From contig CAZDEW010000001.1 of assembly GCA_964504585.1 (NCBI GenBank), positions 29,711 to 93,710 on the forward strand: a DNA stretch of 64,000 nucleotides, in the 5' to 3' direction. The DNA comes from an uncultured Pseudomonadales bacterium. GTDB taxonomy: Bacteria > Pseudomonadota > Gammaproteobacteria > Pseudomonadales > UBA7434. A program made the translations under genes and the position numbers. Below are positions 1 to 9,437 of the stretch, piece by piece. Within the stretch, counting starts at the first letter, position 1, and the number at the start of each line of letters is the position of its first letter. The notes below the pieces were generated by a model, which was not told the origin of the DNA, did no database searches, and worked only from the letters and a program-made list of their open reading frames with translations.

Positions 1-473
1 TTTTTCACCGGTGTTTTTCGTTTGCGAGATTGTTGGAAGAAGCAAGTTGCGCACGCTTCATCAGAGAGGGGTTCAACACCCAGCCTGGCTATTAGCGGGT
101 GTATGTCCGGGCTCTGGTCGGTCCATAGCAGGCAACCAAAGCGCCTGGGATCGTTATAGCGCAACTGGCGCTTGCCAGATAGCTGGAATACCACGTGATC
201 GTGCTTGAGCCTGCTTTCGCTATTCGCTGTGATTCTCAGGCTGCCAGACATTCCAAGGTGCATAAGCATATATCCGGCTGCCGTTTCAACTATCAGGTAC
301 TTGGCGCGACGACGAACCGTGCGAACCTGCAGGCCCGGTAGGGTATGGTTGATCTGCTCGGAAACGGGCCAGCGCAATTGTGAGTTGTAGACGTCAACGC
401 CGAGTATTTTTTTATTCTCAAGAAATGGTGCGATACCTCTTCGAGTTGTTTCAACTTCGGGTAACTCAGGCAT
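1..473 (-). CDS. mutM: formamidopyrimidine-DNA glycosylase (Fpg/MutM), N-terminal ~157 aa; the C-terminus lies beyond the window start
   Basis: My translation of the minus strand from ATG 473-471 gives MPELPEVETTRRGIAPFLENKKILGVDVYNSQLRWPVSEQ...RRAKYLIVE...HLGMSGSLRI. This is the canonical Fpg N-terminus (PELPEVE). It is absent from the ORF track because the window edge truncates it. The mutM-rpmG-rpmB neighbourhood is conserved. Confidence 0.9.
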   Translation of the reverse strand, partial: MPELPEVETTRRGIAPFLENKKILGVDVYNSQLRWPVSEQINHTLPGLQVRTVRRRAKYLIVETAAGYMLMHLGMSGSLRITANSESRLKHDHVVFQLSGKRQLRYNDPRRFGCLLWTDQSPDIHPLIARLGVEPLSDEACATCFFQQSRKRKTPVK

Positions 474-516
474 GATTATTTTTGATGAGAGATCTCGTAA
501 AAAAGATGGCGTGCAT

Positions 517-540
517 TAAAAAGCCCGCTAAGTGCGGGCC
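517..540 (-). terminator. rho-independent terminator downstream of rpmG
   Basis: GCCCGC (523-528) and GCGGGC (534-539) form a 6-bp GC stem with a 5-nt loop. On the minus strand the stem is followed by TTTTTAAT (plus-strand A-run 517-522). It lies 36 nt after the rpmG stop. Confidence 0.7.
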
Positions 541-575
541 TCTCAATCGATGGCAATAGATGTCCTAGTGGCAAT

Positions 576-731
576 CTATTTGATTTTGCCTTCTTTGTAC
601 ATGACATGCTTGCGAACGACGGGGTCGTACTTTTTGATTTCCATCTTTTCTGGCATGTTACGTTTGTTCTTGTCAGTTGTGTAAAAGTGCCCTGTTCCAG
701 CAGATGAGTTCAAGCGAATTTTCTCTCTCAT
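576..731 (-). CDS. rpmG: 50S ribosomal protein L33
   Basis: My translation (51 aa, below the ORF-track cutoff) is [51 protein letters not shown]. The gene lies immediately downstream of rpmB. Confidence 0.95.
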   Translation of the reverse strand: MREKIRLNSSAGTGHFYTTDKNKRNMPEKMEIKKYDPVVRKHVMYKEGKIK

Positions 732-790
732 AACAAGTCTCTTTTTGAATTAGCTAGTAGTTACTGTTGTTGCAACGGTTGCTTGCGAGC

Positions 791-1027
791 TTAAACCGTT
801 TCGCCTCGGGCGCGAATGTCGGCTACAACACTCTCGATGCCTTTCTTATCGATAACACGCATACCTTTTGAGGACACCCGCAGGCTTACGAAGCGCTTCT
901 CGCTCTCCAGCCAAAATCGATGTTTATGAAGGTTCGGTAAAAAGCGGCGTCGGGTTCGGTTCTTCGCGTGAGAAACGTTGTTGCCCGTCATCGGTTTTTT
1001 TCCAGTTACCTGGCACACTCTTGACAT
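791..1027 (-). CDS. rpmB: 50S ribosomal protein L28
   Basis: I trimmed track ORF 791..1114 to the ATG at 1027. [34 protein letters not shown]... is a full-length 78-aa L28. Confidence 0.95.
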   Translation of the reverse strand: MSRVCQVTGKKPMTGNNVSHAKNRTRRRFLPNLHKHRFWLESEKRFVSLRVSSKGMRVIDKKGIESVVADIRARGETV

Positions 1028-1304
1028 GATTTTCTTGCCTCGAAACTTAACTGTCTGCTTTCCAATTCGCGCTAATCGCTGCGCAAATCGGCCCGCGGCC
1101 TTTGTTCTGTCCAATCAGGCACAGAATGCCGCAAAAAAAGGACGCGCTTTATACCAAAACAAGGGTCTAGAAACAAGCGCGACTAGCCGCATTTTTATTC
1201 CTAACGGCACTCCTGCCGGCCGAGTGCCTGAACCAGATTTACCGTGACAGGGTGAATTGTGGCGGCCGCCACCCATCAATACCGGAGCAAAGGGTTTGGC
1301 AAGC

Positions 1305-1979
1305 TCAGATCAAACCTTGTTCAGCCATTGAGCACGAGCCTTGATCGCTAACGATAAAGTGGTCCAAAACCCGAATTTCGACACTTTTTAGTGCATTTAG
1401 AAGCTTTTTAGTGATGTTTTCATCTGCAAGCGATGGCTTTAGAGAGCCTGACGGATGATTGTGAGCAAATATGACAGCGCTGCTGTCATATTTTAGGCAG
1501 GTCTTGACGACTTCCCGAGGATAGACGGTTGCCGAATCTATAGTGCCCCGGCAAATAGCTTCACTGCGGATAATGCGATGTTGGTTGTCGAGCATAATCA
1601 CCCAGAATATCTCGCGTGATTCGTGTGCAAGCAGGGTTCGCAGGTAGCGGCTTGTGGCGCCCGGAGAGGTTAGAGCCTGCCCACGAGCAAAGGAGGCGCT
1701 TAACATGCGCGAGCCCAGCTCGGTTGCGGCCTTGATTCTCGTTGCAGACGCGGGACCCAGTCCTTTGAGTTGTAAAAGATCTTCTGTGTCCATGCGCGCT
1801 ATGCCTGCGAGTCCGCCCGCCTCAAACAGCAATCGGCGAGCGGTATCGATTGCGGTTTCACCAGATCCGCCGGACCCGACGAGTATGGCGATTAACTCGC
1901 TGTCGGAAAGAGCTTTTGAACCAGAAAAAATGAGCTTTTCACGTGGCCGCTCCATTTCCGGCCAATGAGACAATGACAT
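1305..1979 (-). CDS. radC: RadC/YicR family JAMM-motif protein
   Basis: It contains the HNHPSG motif and the conserved PREKL N-terminus. I set the start at ATG 1979 (MSLSHWPEMERPREKL), which is preceded by GGAGGGG. The track start at 1994 is 5 codons upstream. Confidence 0.9.
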   Translation of the reverse strand: MSLSHWPEMERPREKLIFSGSKALSDSELIAILVGSGGSGETAIDTARRLLFEAGGLAGIARMDTEDLLQLKGLGPASATRIKAATELGSRMLSASFARGQALTSPGATSRYLRTLLAHESREIFWVIMLDNQHRIIRSEAICRGTIDSATVYPREVVKTCLKYDSSAVIFAHNHPSGSLKPSLADENITKKLLNALKSVEIRVLDHFIVSDQGSCSMAEQGLI

Positions 1980-2151
1980 TGCATACCCCTCCATGGAATT
2001 GCACTTATAATGGCGACGTTACGCTTCCCCGCAATCGGGATCCGGGAAGCCGTTTGCTTCCTTTGATTTGCTTCGTAATTGCGCATCGCTCGCTTCCTGC
2101 AAACAAAGGCGCAGCACAGATTCTGTACCTAAGCTTCGTTTGAGTCAACGC

Positions 2152-3405
2152 ATGTCACTTCAAAATAAACGTATCTTGCTGGGTGTCACAGGTGGCATTG
2201 CGGCCTATAAATCGCCGGATATTGTGCGGCGCATGCGAGACCTTGGTGCCGAGGTAAGAGTTGTCATGACGCAGTCTGCGCAAGCTTTTATTGGCGCGCT
2301 TTCACTGCAGGCCGTATCTGGGCATCGCGTCCACACCGACTTACTCGATGAAGACGCCGAAGCTGCCATGGGTCATATAGAGCTGGCGCGCTGGGCCGAT
2401 GCTATCGTCATAGCGCCGGCGACGGCTGATACGCTTTCAAGGCTCGCCGTTGGTGCAGCAGACGATTTACTCGCAACGTTGATAAGAGCTTCCACAGCTC
2501 CAGTATTGATTTCGCCGGCGATGAATCAAGCCATGTGGTCTGACGAACGAACCCAGACAAATGTCTCGGAGCTCAAGCAAAAGCGCTATCACTTTTTTGG
2601 TCCGGCCAGTGGTTCACAGGCTTGTGGAGACACAGGGCAGGGCCGGATGGAGGAGCCGCAAGCCATAGCGGAAGCAGTGTCCAGATTATTTGAAAGCGGC
2701 CTGCTGGACCAACGACACGTTGTGATAACGGCCGGCCCTACTCGGGAGGGCATTGATCCAGTGCGCTATATCTCCAACCATTCTACCGGCAAGATGGGCT
2801 TTGCAATTGCTGAGGCAGCCGCGGAAGCTGGAGCGAGGGTTACTCTGGTAGCGGGGCCCGTGTCTCTGGCAACGCCAGAGCGTGTCCAAAGGATTGATGT
2901 CATTACAGCCGATGACATGTACGCCGAAGTTCAGCGCGCGGTTGATAAGGATTCAATATTTATAGCGACCGCAGCGGTAGCTGACTTTAAGGCGGCCAGA
3001 GTCTCAGAGCAAAAAATAAAAAAACAAAAAGACCAACAGACAATGACGATAGAGCTGGCAAAGAACGTTGATATTCTGGCGAGCGTGGCGACGGCTGATG
3101 ATCGGCCCGCTTTTGTTGTTGGCTTTGCGGCTGAATCTGAGAATCTGGAAGACAATGCGCGAAAGAAGCTGCTTGCCAAGCAGCTCGATATGATTGTAGC
3201 GAACGACATATCCAGAGATGACATAGGTTTTGCGGTCGATCTAAACGAAGTTACTGTGCTTTCGCGTGATAGTTCGGCGCCCACGGCGCCCTCCTCAGAG
3301 CGCTGGGACAAGTGCAGTAAGGGTCAAATTGCGCGTAAGCTCGTCGCTGCGATTGCAGAGCGCACTGCCGGCTGTGACGCAGCACTCAAAACCGCCGCTT
3401 CATGA
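2152..3405 (+). CDS. coaBC: bifunctional phosphopantothenoylcysteine decarboxylase / phosphopantothenate-cysteine ligase
   Basis: The N-terminal flavoprotein motif is [13 protein letters not shown] and the C-terminal ligase motif is [26 protein letters not shown] set the start at [12 protein letters not shown] by analogy with E. coli Dfp (MSLAGKKIVLGV). Confidence 0.95.
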   Translation: MSLQNKRILLGVTGGIAAYKSPDIVRRMRDLGAEVRVVMTQSAQAFIGALSLQAVSGHRVHTDLLDEDAEAAMGHIELARWADAIVIAPATADTLSRLAVGAADDLLATLIRASTAPVLISPAMNQAMWSDERTQTNVSELKQKRYHFFGPASGSQACGDTGQGRMEEPQAIAEAVSRLFESGLLDQRHVVITAGPTREGIDPVRYISNHSTGKMGFAIAEAAAEAGARVTLVAGPVSLATPERVQRIDVITADDMYAEVQRAVDKDSIFIATAAVADFKAARVSEQKIKKQKDQQTMTIELAKNVDILASVATADDRPAFVVGFAAESENLEDNARKKLLAKQLDMIVANDISRDDIGFAVDLNEVTVLSRDSSAPTAPSSERWDKCSKGQIARKLVAAIAERTAGCDAALKTAAS

Positions 3406-3621
3406 GCGTGTACGTGTTAAAAATATCGTTAAAAAACAGTTTTTTAAAGTCGAATCGGCTGGCGTGGCTATACTCGACTAGAGGAGCAAGCTTTGACCGG
3501 GGACGCTCTTTTCAGAGCAGAGTTATCCGGTTGGCAGCATTTGCGTGAGCCGTTGCTTGTCTCCCTCGGCCAGTAAAATTTATTGAATTAATCCAGCTCC
3601 AGCAAATAGCGGAATCGAGCC

Positions 3622-6084
3622 TTGTCAGACGCAAACACACCCCTGTACAAGTCGCCAGTTTTTCTCCTCGCAGTTCCAACGGCGCTCATTGTCGCTCTGT
3701 ATTATTTTGTCACCGTGCCACTGCTCGATCGTCAGGAGCAATCGACACGAGCAGATGACCTCGCCTATGCAGAGGCTGGCCGGGTCGATCAGGCGATTGC
3801 GAGTCTCAAACTACAGTTAGAAACCATCGCTGATGATCCCGGTATTGCACTCGCACTGCAAAATCAGGACAGTTCAGCGATTAAATCAAAAGCCGCATAT
3901 TGGGCTGACAGAATGCAGAATGCTGTCAGGTTTCTGGTGCTTCCTTACGACGCGTTGGGGCATGCGGGCATGGGAGAGTTCGCGTCCGGGTTAAATAACA
4001 ACATAGAACGGGATCTGGTCAGTCGCGCCGCCAAAAGTGATGTTGCAGTGGCCGATACCTACCTGCCTGAGTCCGGGCCGATGCTCATGGTTGCCGCCGC
4101 AGTCAAGAACGCGCAGGATCAGCGTATTGGCGTTTTGTTTGTTGAGTTACAGGCTGACTGGATTGGCTCTCTTTTTCAGGGCGATCAGGAGCAGCGCGTT
4201 TCCGGGCCGCATCTGGTTCGACTCATTGTGCTGCACCCGCGAACCGTCATTAATGAGTTCGCGCACCAGCTGCCGGCCGGCACCAAGGAGCAGTCTCGCA
4301 CAAGCTTGCAGGAGATGAGCAATGTGGCGGTAGAAGTTACGGTCGAGAGTCGCTCGGTCATCGCGGCCAGTATGGGCTTAGTGCTGGCCGGGACAGCCGC
4401 ATTTATCGGGCTAATTGGTCTGTCCTTGCCGGGTCGCAAGGAGGCCCAGGTGCTCGAGAAAGTGCAGCAGGATGCTGAGCGCCTGACCCACTATGTTTCA
4501 ACTAGCCTGACAGAAGAAAACGTGCAGATCCCGTCGTTTGAGCTGGATGCCGTGCGCGACGTCGCCCTTTCGCTGAAGAAAAAGCTGGCAAAGCTCGAGC
4601 TGGATAAGCAGGCCAAGGGCAGTTTGCGTAAGCATGTTGAAACGCAGGAAGTGCTAATTGCGGATTCGCCGTCTGATCTGCCTCTGGTAGAAGAGACCGG
4701 GGGGGCTGTGGAACTCCAGCTCCCAAGCCATATATTCAGGGCTTATGATGTCCGTGGCGATGCCGAAACCGAGCTTAGTGATGAGGCGGTCTATAACATC
4801 GGTCGTGCTTTTGGAAGCGAACTGCGAGACAGGAATCAGGTCAGGGTCGCTCTTGGCGGCGACACCCGGCTTTCCACTAGTCGGCTGATTGAGAGCATGG
4901 CGTCTGGACTCAAGGATTCGGGTTGCGATGTTCTGTTGTTGGACATGGTACCGACCCCGCTCCTTTACTTCGCTGCCGAAAAGCGCTGCGATGGCAATGG
5001 CGTCATGGTGACCGGAAGTCATAACCCAGCCGAGCAAAATGGTTTTAAGTTTGTCATGCAGGGCGCCGCACTCGCCGACGATGCTATTCAATCGTTGCGG
5101 CATCGAGCAGCTGGAGTCGATTTTTGTGAGGGAGAAGGCAAGGTCACTACCTGGGACTGCATTGATGAGTATGTAGATGCCTGTGTTGAGGATGTGGTGT
5201 TCGCATCGCCAGCAAAGGTCGTGCTTGACTGTGGCAATGGCGCTGCCAGTCAGGTGGCCCCTATTCTTTTTGCATCGCTGGGTGCGGATGTGGTTCCGCT
5301 CTTTGCCGAGCCCGATGGCCAGTTTCCCGGTAGATCACCGAATCCCACCGCCGAGAACCTCACAGCGCTGATTGACGAGGTGCAAATACAGGGTGCGGAT
5401 CTTGGTCTGGCTTTCGATGGCGATGCGGATCGAATGGTTGCTGTGTCGAGTTCTGGCAGAGTTGTCAGCGCAGACCAGCTGCTTATGCTCTTTTCCCGCG
5501 ATATTCTTACCCGCAGCCCGGGCGCGGATGTCGTATTTGACGTCAAGTGTTCGAGCGCTTTGGGCACGACGATCGCAGGTTATGGTGGCAGACCGGTGAT
5601 ATGGAAAAGCGGGCACTCCAGGATAAAGCATAAGCTGCAGGAAACCGGCGCGCTATTGGGCGGCGAGTTCAGCGGTCACTTTTTCTTCAATGAGCGCTGG
5701 TTTGGGTTTGATGATGGGCTTTATGCGGGCGCACGATTGATAGAGCTTCTAAGCCTGGAGTCGACGTCACTGGATGATGTGCTCGCCGATTTGCCGATGC
5801 TCGAGAGCACCGATGAAATCTTGATTCCGGTCGATGAAGAGGAAAAGTTCTCGATTATGGATCGGCTGCTCGAAACAGATGGCTTCCAGTCTGCACAGCT
5901 CAACACCATCGACGGCATACGTGCCGAGTTTGATGATGCATGGGGCTTGTTGCGGGCTTCGAATACGGGGCCGTTCTTGACGGGTCGATTTGAAGGCAGT
6001 GACCGCGACGCGCTGCAGCGTGCCGTTGACGCCTTTCAGCTAGCCCTGAGTCGGGTGGACGAGTCACTGGAAATCAAGGTTTAG
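3622..6084 (+). CDS. algC: phosphomannomutase/phosphoglucomutase (AlgC-type) with a ~360-aa N-terminal two-TM extracytoplasmic extension
   Basis: The C-terminal ~450 aa is alpha-D-phosphohexomutase: IFRAYDVRG, phosphoserine loop TGSHNPAEQNGFK, Mg loop FDGDADR, GEFSGH and RASNTGP. The frame is open from 3610, and the only start upstream of the first TM segment is TTG 3622. An in-frame internal GVG-type alternative is GTG 4708. See findings. Confidence 0.85.
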   Translation: MSDANTPLYKSPVFLLAVPTALIVALYYFVTVPLLDRQEQSTRADDLAYAEAGRVDQAIASLKLQLETIADDPGIALALQNQDSSAIKSKAAYWADRMQNAVRFLVLPYDALGHAGMGEFASGLNNNIERDLVSRAAKSDVAVADTYLPESGPMLMVAAAVKNAQDQRIGVLFVELQADWIGSLFQGDQEQRVSGPHLVRLIVLHPRTVINEFAHQLPAGTKEQSRTSLQEMSNVAVEVTVESRSVIAASMGLVLAGTAAFIGLIGLSLPGRKEAQVLEKVQQDAERLTHYVSTSLTEENVQIPSFELDAVRDVALSLKKKLAKLELDKQAKGSLRKHVETQEVLIADSPSDLPLVEETGGAVELQLPSHIFRAYDVRGDAETELSDEAVYNIGRAFGSELRDRNQVRVALGGDTRLSTSRLIESMASGLKDSGCDVLLLDMVPTPLLYFAAEKRCDGNGVMVTGSHNPAEQNGFKFVMQGAALADDAIQSLRHRAAGVDFCEGEGKVTTWDCIDEYVDACVEDVVFASPAKVVLDCGNGAASQVAPILFASLGADVVPLFAEPDGQFPGRSPNPTAENLTALIDEVQIQGADLGLAFDGDADRMVAVSSSGRVVSADQLLMLFSRDILTRSPGADVVFDVKCSSALGTTIAGYGGRPVIWKSGHSRIKHKLQETGALLGGEFSGHFFFNERWFGFDDGLYAGARLIELLSLESTSLDDVLADLPMLESTDEILIPVDEEEKFSIMDRLLETDGFQSAQLNTIDGIRAEFDDAWGLLRASNTGPFLTGRFEGSDRDALQRAVDAFQLALSRVDESLEIKV

Positions 6085-6241
6085 CCGCTGTGGTAGTGGC
6101 ACATCTCTGTATCGGCCCTGTTTAATCCACGGCCGCTCTATCTATTCGCTAACTTTCAAACCTCGCTGGTATAACTTCGCTAGTAGGCGCCTGATGGCTG
6201 GTGCATACTCAGGCTGAGAGTGACCCTCTGGCGTGCGCTAG

Positions 6242-7210
<969 letters not shown>

Positions 7211-7403
7211 GGTCGTGACTTTTTTGTTTTGTGCTGTGGCCGGTCTCGTTGGCACGATAAGCTGACTCTGGCGGTTTAATTTTTTTCTTTTTTCTAAAGT
7301 CGAAATTTTTTTTATTTAATTCTTCTTAAAACACTTCAAAATAATTTAAATAGAGAGTATCGTTGCACCCACGGTTGCTAGTAAGCGTTTACTGTTTTTT
7401 TGC

Positions 7404-7431
7404 GCTAACTGCTCTGTGCTAACTGCTCTGC
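7404..7431. repeat. 14-bp direct tandem repeat x2 (GCTAACTGCTCTGY)
   Basis: Read directly: gctaactgctctgt gctaactgctctgc. Confidence 0.9.
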
Positions 7432-7521
7432 GTGTGAGGTTCTCTTAATTGCCGGGTCTTGGAGATGTTGCTCGGCGAGGCTTAGGCTGCTCGGTATCGT
7501 ACAGATAATAAGCCGAGCGCT

Positions 7522-7563
7522 GAAGTTGAAGTTGCCGCTAAAGTTGTAATTAAGGTTGCCATT
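7522..7563. repeat. degenerate tandem repeat: GAAGTT x2, then a 12-bp period RAAGTTGNNNNT x3
   Basis: Read directly: gaagtt gaagttgccgct aaagttgtaatt aaggttgccatt. Confidence 0.7.
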
Positions 7564-7610
7564 ACAGTTTTCACGCCGCATGCGAACCTGATTCAAAAAT
7601 CTGGTTCACT

Positions 7611-7666
7611 AAATTAGAAATTAGAAATTAGAAATTAGAAATTAGAAATTAGAAATTAGAAATCAG
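7611..7666. repeat. heptanucleotide microsatellite: (AAATTAG) x7 perfect plus 1 variant (AAATCAG)
   Basis: Counted base by base. There are seven identical 7-mers at 7611-7659, then aaatcag at 7660-7666. The array is intergenic, about 315 bp upstream of slmA. Confidence 0.97.
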
Positions 7667-7848
7667 TTGTAGCGTGCTTTTTTTGTAAGTTTAGTTGCGG
7701 TGGTCGGAGCCGCTTAACCGAGTGTTCGCAAGGGTTTCTTTTTTATCGTTCGAAGTGCTGTGTTCTATGCGAGTGCCCGTGAGCCATGCGATCAGCTGCT
7801 TCCAAATTCACCATCAGGTGTCGCGGGTTACAAAAACGTCAGTTAATT

Positions 7849-7884
7849 AGCGATACAGTTAACGATACAGCCGACAACACAGCC
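7849..7884. repeat. 12-bp tandem repeat x3 (AGCGATACAGTT / AACGATACAGCC / GACAACACAGCC)
   Basis: Read directly from the sequence. The array is intergenic, about 100 bp upstream of slmA. Confidence 0.8.
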
Positions 7885-7981
7885 AAAAAAAGCGCAGACT
7901 CGAGCCAGACTTAAACTCGACGCAAAGTTAAGTCACAACGCTAAGCCAGAAACTTTAGCCTAAATAGTTATATTCAAATCG

Positions 7982-8665
7982 ATGCCAAGACTTGCAAAAA
8001 AATACTCGCGACGACAACAGATTCTGGAGTCGCTTGCCGGCATGCTGGCTGACGAGCCGGGCAAAAAGATTACTACCGCAGGTCTGGCGGAACGAGTTGG
8101 GGTATCCGAGGCAGCCCTCTATAGGCACTTTCCGAGTAAAGCAAAGATGTTTGATGGGCTACTCGACTTCGTCGATGAGGCGGTTTTTGCGAGCATCAAC
8201 TCAATCGCTAAAGAAGATACGGCCTCAGTTGTGAAGATTGAACGCACGCTCGCTCTGCTGCTGGGTTTTGCTGAGAAAAACCGCGGTATAGCCTGCATAT
8301 TGAACGGCTATGCATTGGCCAGCGAGTGCGACCGGGTGCGATTGCGGGTAGCTACTTTTTACGAAAAGGTTGAGTTGCAGCTTCGCCAGATGCTGCGTGA
8401 TGCGGAGCTCAAAGAGGCTATTCGGCCCAACATGACGGAAATGGCCGCAAGTAATTATCTTGTGAGTTACGTTGAGGGACGTATAAACCAGTTCGTGCGC
8501 AGCCAGTTCCAGCGCTCTCCGACCGAGTACTGGCCGGAGCAGTGGGGTCAGCTCATGACAGGGTTTTTTCGAGAGTCGATTGCGCATCGCCCGGAGCACT
8601 CTGCTTCGCGTGAGCGCGCACCGGTGATTGCTGAGGGTGCTATTTCGTCGGCTTCAATCGCCTAA
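7982..8665 (+). CDS. slmA: nucleoid occlusion factor SlmA (TetR family)
   Basis: The stretch [37 protein letters not shown] is close to E. coli SlmA ([37 protein letters not shown]). The gene sits next to pyrE, as ttk/slmA does in E. coli. It has about 30 extra C-terminal residues. Confidence 0.85.
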   Translation: [227 protein letters not shown]

Positions 8666-8710
8666 TCAGCGGTATATCAGAGGTTTGCGATTTCGCGCGC
8701 GGCGCTGCTT

Positions 8711-9364
8711 TTACTGGCGCAGCGCAAGCAGTTTAGTCAGCTTCACCGCATCGGAGTCGTAATGTTTGCTGACTTTGAGTTTTTCGGCCTGCCGCGTCTT
8801 GATTGACGCAAGTGTTTCATTCATTTCCTTCTCGATTTCTGCGATGTGCGATAGCAGCTTTTCGGGAACAGTCTGCCCCTCTCGTTCAATCGCCGCGGCT
8901 CGAGCACGCTGTCTTTCAGCATTTTCCCTCAAAACGGTGAGATTGCCGTTGAGAATGCTGATGTTGATATCGAACTCGCCCAGTTTCCGTTTCCGCTCCG
9001 CCTCGAGATCGTCCACGCTGCTATATTTCAGCAGCAGGCTCAGGTTGTACTGAGCCTCTTCTTCTTTGCGCTCCATCGCGAGTCTCGCCTGCTGCTCGGC
9101 TTCTGAGAGAGCGGCAAAATCCTCGGCGCTGAGTTCAGGCTCCACAGTCTCTACGATGCGACCGCTTTCAGAGACAATCTGGTAGCCTCGGCGCGCTTCG
9201 TCGGGAGTGATGGTTTCCTTAATCTCCGTATGACCGGACTCGTTGATAATGCGAAAATAGTTCGACGCCTGGCTATTAACCGACAGCAGTCCAAGCACAA
9301 GGGCCGTGACTGCGGGCGTTACTCTACTTTTACCGATTAGCTTCATTTTTTGTTTGCGCGGCAT
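8711..9364 (-). CDS. secreted coiled-coil protein, DUF4124-like N-terminal module (hypothetical)
   Basis: A signal peptide (VTALVLGLLSVNSQA) is followed by a short beta-rich module (NYFRIINESGHTEIKETITPDE) and a Glu/Arg/Ala-rich predicted coiled coil. No enzymatic motif is recognised. Confidence 0.6.
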   Translation of the reverse strand: MPRKQKMKLIGKSRVTPAVTALVLGLLSVNSQASNYFRIINESGHTEIKETITPDEARRGYQIVSESGRIVETVEPELSAEDFAALSEAEQQARLAMERKEEEAQYNLSLLLKYSSVDDLEAERKRKLGEFDINISILNGNLTVLRENAERQRARAAAIEREGQTVPEKLLSHIAEIEKEMNETLASIKTRQAEKLKVSKHYDSDAVKLTKLLALRQ

Positions 9365-9437
9365 ACGTGGTTTGGTTCACAGGCTCAGCGGGTCGCCGAG
9401 CGATCGGGGTACTGGCGTCAGCTTGGCTTGGGTCAGC

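Noticed and set aside
11-390. Two plus-strand ORFs (65 and 61 aa) at the window start.
   Set aside because: They are antisense to the mutM coding sequence, which translates into a textbook Fpg N-terminus.
6097-6112. TGGCAC-ATCTC-TGTAT upstream of argB as a sigma54 promoter, and similarly TGGCACGCACCGCAG at 10231-10245.
   Set aside because: The -24 half is perfect, but the invariant GC of the -12 element is missing at the required spacing in both cases.
7405-7596. A 63-aa Asn-rich ORF in the argB-slmA spacer.
   Set aside because: Its sequence (NGNLNYNFSGNFNFS) is simply the translation of the AAGTTG-type tandem repeats. I see no RBS and no support for it as a gene.
7611-7666. A possible CRISPR array or other spaced repeat.
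   Set aside because: The units are 7 bp and directly abutting with no spacers, and there are no cas genes in the window. It is a microsatellite, not a CRISPR array.
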